Below, one piece after another: positions 60,277 through 64,000 of a stretch of 64,000 nucleotides of DNA. The notes under the pieces are model-generated. The model was given only the letters and a program-made list of their open reading frames with translations, was not told the origin of the DNA and searched no databases. The stretch comes from Neoechinorhynchus agilis. Lineage: Eukaryota; Animalia; Acanthocephala. The position numbers and the translations under genes were made by a program. How positions within the stretch are numbered: position 1 is the first letter of the stretch; the number at the start of each line of letters is the position of its first letter. Location: NCBI GenBank assembly GCA_051530055.1, contig CM121342.1, positions 8,757,480 to 8,821,479 on the forward strand, written 5' to 3'.

Positions 60277-61500
60277 AAATTTTTAAATTTGGAAGAGACA
60301 AGCAGAGTTTCAACCGGTGAAGGGAGCTATGTGGATAATGTTTAATTGAGCGAAGATAAAGGTAAAGTGGTTTTACATAATATGACCGCAACGTGGACTA
60401 CTTCGGTACATAGAAAAGTATTTTTGTGTTTACTTATTGAATATTTCAAGGGAACAAGTGAAGATCAATTTTATCTAAAGGAAATATCACTTACCGCTGC
60501 AAAACGGAGATTATCTATCCTCTGTGTTCTTCTTGGCTGTGGAAAATCGAGTGTGCTTAGCGCAATAATAAACGAGATGAGCATTCTCGAAGGAAATGTC
60601 TCCGGTGGAGGAACATTATCTTACTGTTCACAAGAATCTTGGTTATTCAATGGAACTATAAGGGAAAATATTTTATTTGGACTGGATTACGACAAGAGTC
60701 GGTATAAAGAAGTTATCACGGCGTGCAAATTGGGTGAGGTACTTAACACTGATTTTAAATAATTATTGCAATTTTCCTTCAAATAAAAGGACTTCCACCA
60801 ACTCGATCACATGGATTTTTTCGTAAAGCATCAACTGATTATTCTAACAATTTTCGTTGCAATAAAAATCTTAAACGGATTACTCTTAAAAATTTGAAAT
60901 TTTCTGCTAGTATTTATACTTTTGTCATGCTTATAACCGATAAATCGAAATAAAATTTTGTTTGTAAATTGCGATTGCGGAACTAGTTCACAAAATCTTA
61001 TTAAAAGATAAATTCTGTAAATAGTACTTCAACGATCTAAATAGAAAAGTTAATTGGGAACGTACGCTTTTAGTAAATATATATAAAATTTCGCTTTAAG
61101 CTCTTAATAACTCCAATCAATTACTGCTATGATCAGTGACCGGGGAACTGGCTTAAGCGGTTGTCAGCGGGCTAGAGTCTCTACTGCTCGATCACTCTAT
61201 TGATCAGCCGATATTTATATTCTTGACGAACCATTCGGAGTCGTGGACGCAAAAAAATGGGACCAATATCTTTAAAAGTTCTATCCATAAAGCATGTTTT
61301 CCATTTAAAATAACCTTTTTTCAGAGCAATTTAGCAGCTCTTGATACATAAAGCTGTAATCCTGGCTACTCACCAACTCCAATTGTTATACAAAGCGGAT
61401 AATAATATAATATTGCTACAAAACGTAAGTCCTTTCATTAAACTTAAATGAATATTTTCAATTAACTTCAGGGGACGAATTAGAGCAAGTTCCATTGTCT
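60277..61500 (+). pseudogene. ABCC transporter NBD1 pseudo-exons (longer copy; 59765-60990 duplicates 36560-37748)
   Basis: Walker A region VLLGCGKSS, WLFNGTIRENILFG, ACKLGE|DFHQL, signature LSGCQRARVSTARSLY*, Walker B IYILDEP and ILATHQLQ. Introns at 60418-60450 (33 nt), 60739-60789 (51 nt) and 61425-61471 (47 nt). Contains a stop and frameshifts. Confidence 0.9.
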
Positions 61501-61959
61501 ACGTTCTCGCAAGTTACTCGATCGTTCGTTGGCATTGAATAATAATTGACGATTTTATCAGTTATACAAAATCCTATCGACGTTAAATTAAGCAATTATA
61601 ATTTTTTATAAGATAAGTAATTCGCAACAACGCTCGATAGAAAATCAGAATTAGAGAGCGTTGCGCGAACATCCAGCGAATTTCATAGCAGATAAACGCA
61701 GTAGTCGGTTAATGTTTCTACGAAAAAATCGGAGTTTGCAACACAAAACATATTTTCATTGTCAACAACAAATATTTGTACCTGGCAAATATTTATGCAG
61801 AACGCGAATAATTGTTAAACGAGTTTTGTGAATTTGTTGCGACAAATGCCAATTTTCGGATAGCTTTATCCAAGCAAAAGCAGCCAACTGAATCAGCTCT
61901 AAGACATACCCAACTGTGGTCGAAGAAATTTTAACTGCACACAATTTTAGTGCCTATGA

Positions 61960-62960
61960 CCATCCACCTATCTCCATTCTTCGTGAAAAGAACTTTACTT
62001 GGCGCTTCACGCTAGAGCAATTTTTACATGCTTCGAAACCCCATCCTTCGTAAGCTTACAATGGCTTTTCTGTCTCCCCTAAAATTTTCCCTGGAGTCAG
62101 TAGTGAAAATAAATCCGCATTTTTTAACAAATTCTTTAAATCCCAACTAAACTTAGCTGATTTGTTAAAAATCAATATTGCTAAGAAAGTTTTTATTCCC
62201 ACCATATTAGAATAATTGCAATCCAAAATCCCATTATTTCCTGTCTGGAGAGAATTATTAACTCTAAATTGTTAAAAAAATTAGAGAAACGTTGCATCAT
62301 CTCTCTTCACTACTTCCACGGGTTTGTTCGTCGACGTGGGGTTCATTCACCATTAACGGATCTCCACCTCTTAAATACGGCAACAAATACAAATAAAGTT
62401 CTGACTCAGCTTGACTTAAAGCTTTTGATGCCCCCTTAATATTATTTAAAAAATTCAGCATCTAATCGAATCCAAATCCTTCTATTATGAAGTTGATCCA
62501 TGTAACACGAAATTCTTTTCTCGCTATGGTGTTCCTCAATGTTCTCAATTGTCACCCACTCTCTTCTTTTTTTAAAGACATCAATGGCTACCATTTTATT
62601 CGTCCATTTATTTACGCGGACGACATTTTTCTTTTTTGCAAAGCTCGCTTCAGTGGTTTCATTGTTTCCAAACTCTCTTCTTACCTCAAGAACCTTGCCT
62701 CTGCTCTCTCTCTAAAGTAAATATTATTTTGAATCTTAACAAATCTTTTATAATTCTGCTCACTAAATCTTACGGCCCAAGGAAATCTCTTGCCCTTCTA
62801 TTTACCACACCCCATTTTATCAAGCGACTTCCCTTCTACTCAAAACCGAATTTTTATTAATACTTCTCTGAAGAGTACATTCTGCAAAATTGAATCTATA
62901 ATCAAGCGGCTAAAAGCATCGCCCGGTTCCTTTCCCAACCCTTGTCCGTGCACTCAAAAG
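61960..62960 (+). mobile_element. Decayed LINE RT fragment
   Basis: KSAFFNKFFKS, LDLKAFDA, FIYADDIFL and LNLNKS, in broken frames. Confidence 0.68.
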
Positions 62961-64000
62961 TATTGTAGGAGGGTCACTGTGCTTCATTGCGTTCAGTAGA
63001 CCTCCAGAACTACGGATCCCCTTTTTGAAAACTTTTAATGGTAAACTATGTAAATTATTTTTTTAATTGAACTTCGATGGTGACCTTTTTCAGCCATTTT
63101 TGCATAAATTATTTTTATCTAAAATGGTATGTGAAGGTAGAGTCTTCGGTTTTTAGAATACTATGTACGAAGGACTCGAACAATTTGGATTTCAATTCGA
63201 TCTTGAGCGGAACATATAAGATGTTCCCAATGGAAAACAACCAGTTCAACCAATTTTTAAGTTTTGTATCGGAACGAGAAGCAGGACGATTGGTGAAGGA
63301 ACCTGAATCCCTATTGGACCTTCCTCACCTAATGCGCTGTGTAGTATTGTAACTAATTGCGCATGGTTTTCATATTACTGTGAGGCAATAGTAATGACTC
63401 AGGGATTTGATCGATCCGATGCTCAGCTTTATTCGTTGCCTTGATTGGTCTCGACCAACAACACAACGTTAGAAAAAGGAGAAAAGGAAAAACATTGCAT
63501 GCGTGTCAATAATTGTATGGATGTGTGAGGCTGTGCAATAAATAAATAAATTTCTGATAGCTTTGTTAGTTGCGATTTATGTTTATTTTATACTCAAAGT
63601 TAAATATTTCTAAAGAAACGACAAACTATGAAGGTAGTGTCAAGTGTTGCCGCGATGTTCTGAATTAGCTTTATTTTCGTTGTACTCGTCATGTTTGTGA
63701 TAACCCCAGATTTTAAAGGCATTTCGAGCACTGTTGAATTTTTTCGATATTGAAATCTCGATGAGTTTTGGAAAAGATGCAAAAACTTTGCGTAAAATTT
63801 TCAATTCAGTTTCAACTTCTTTACTTAAATAACGATATTTGCATGTGTTCAGTAGCAGGTCAAGGAGGTTGGCCTATGAACTGTAATGAACTTCTATCGA
63901 ATGATGTTCACAATCCTATAGAACCGATTATGCTCGCCTTGAAGACGGAATCAATGAACGTTCAGGTTCTGCGAATCAAATATCATTACAAATTGAACCA

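Overview
AT-rich eukaryotic DNA, probably from an invertebrate. The basis for that is GIY-YIG Penelope elements with hammerhead motifs, a spliceosomal U1 gene and 33-51 nt GT-AG introns. The window looks like a heterochromatic repeat graveyard. It holds three satellite arrays: an 85-bp monomer, a ~239-bp monomer, and a ~140-bp monomer with a 281-bp dimeric higher-order repeat. It also holds many broken retroelements: five CRE-clade pieces, several Penelope families, two RTE families, an R2-like piece, Jockey/I/CR1-type LINE pieces and Ty3/Gypsy gag, integrase and LTR remnants. A shuffled mosaic of internal duplications links 17-38 kb to 41-61 kb. Items missing from or poorly shown by the ORF track: a structurally intact U1 snRNA (24390-24553) followed by a 28-bp copy of its own 3' end, one complete-looking minimal hammerhead ribozyme (45350-45387) with decayed relatives, a GAR1 pseudogene cut by a satellite, and ABCC-transporter exon fragments. 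The only long uninterrupted non-TE ORF is an intronless 530-codon Q/N-rich orphan (14271-15863). All alignments were made by eye, so boundaries are approximate unless junction bases are quoted. No database search was run.
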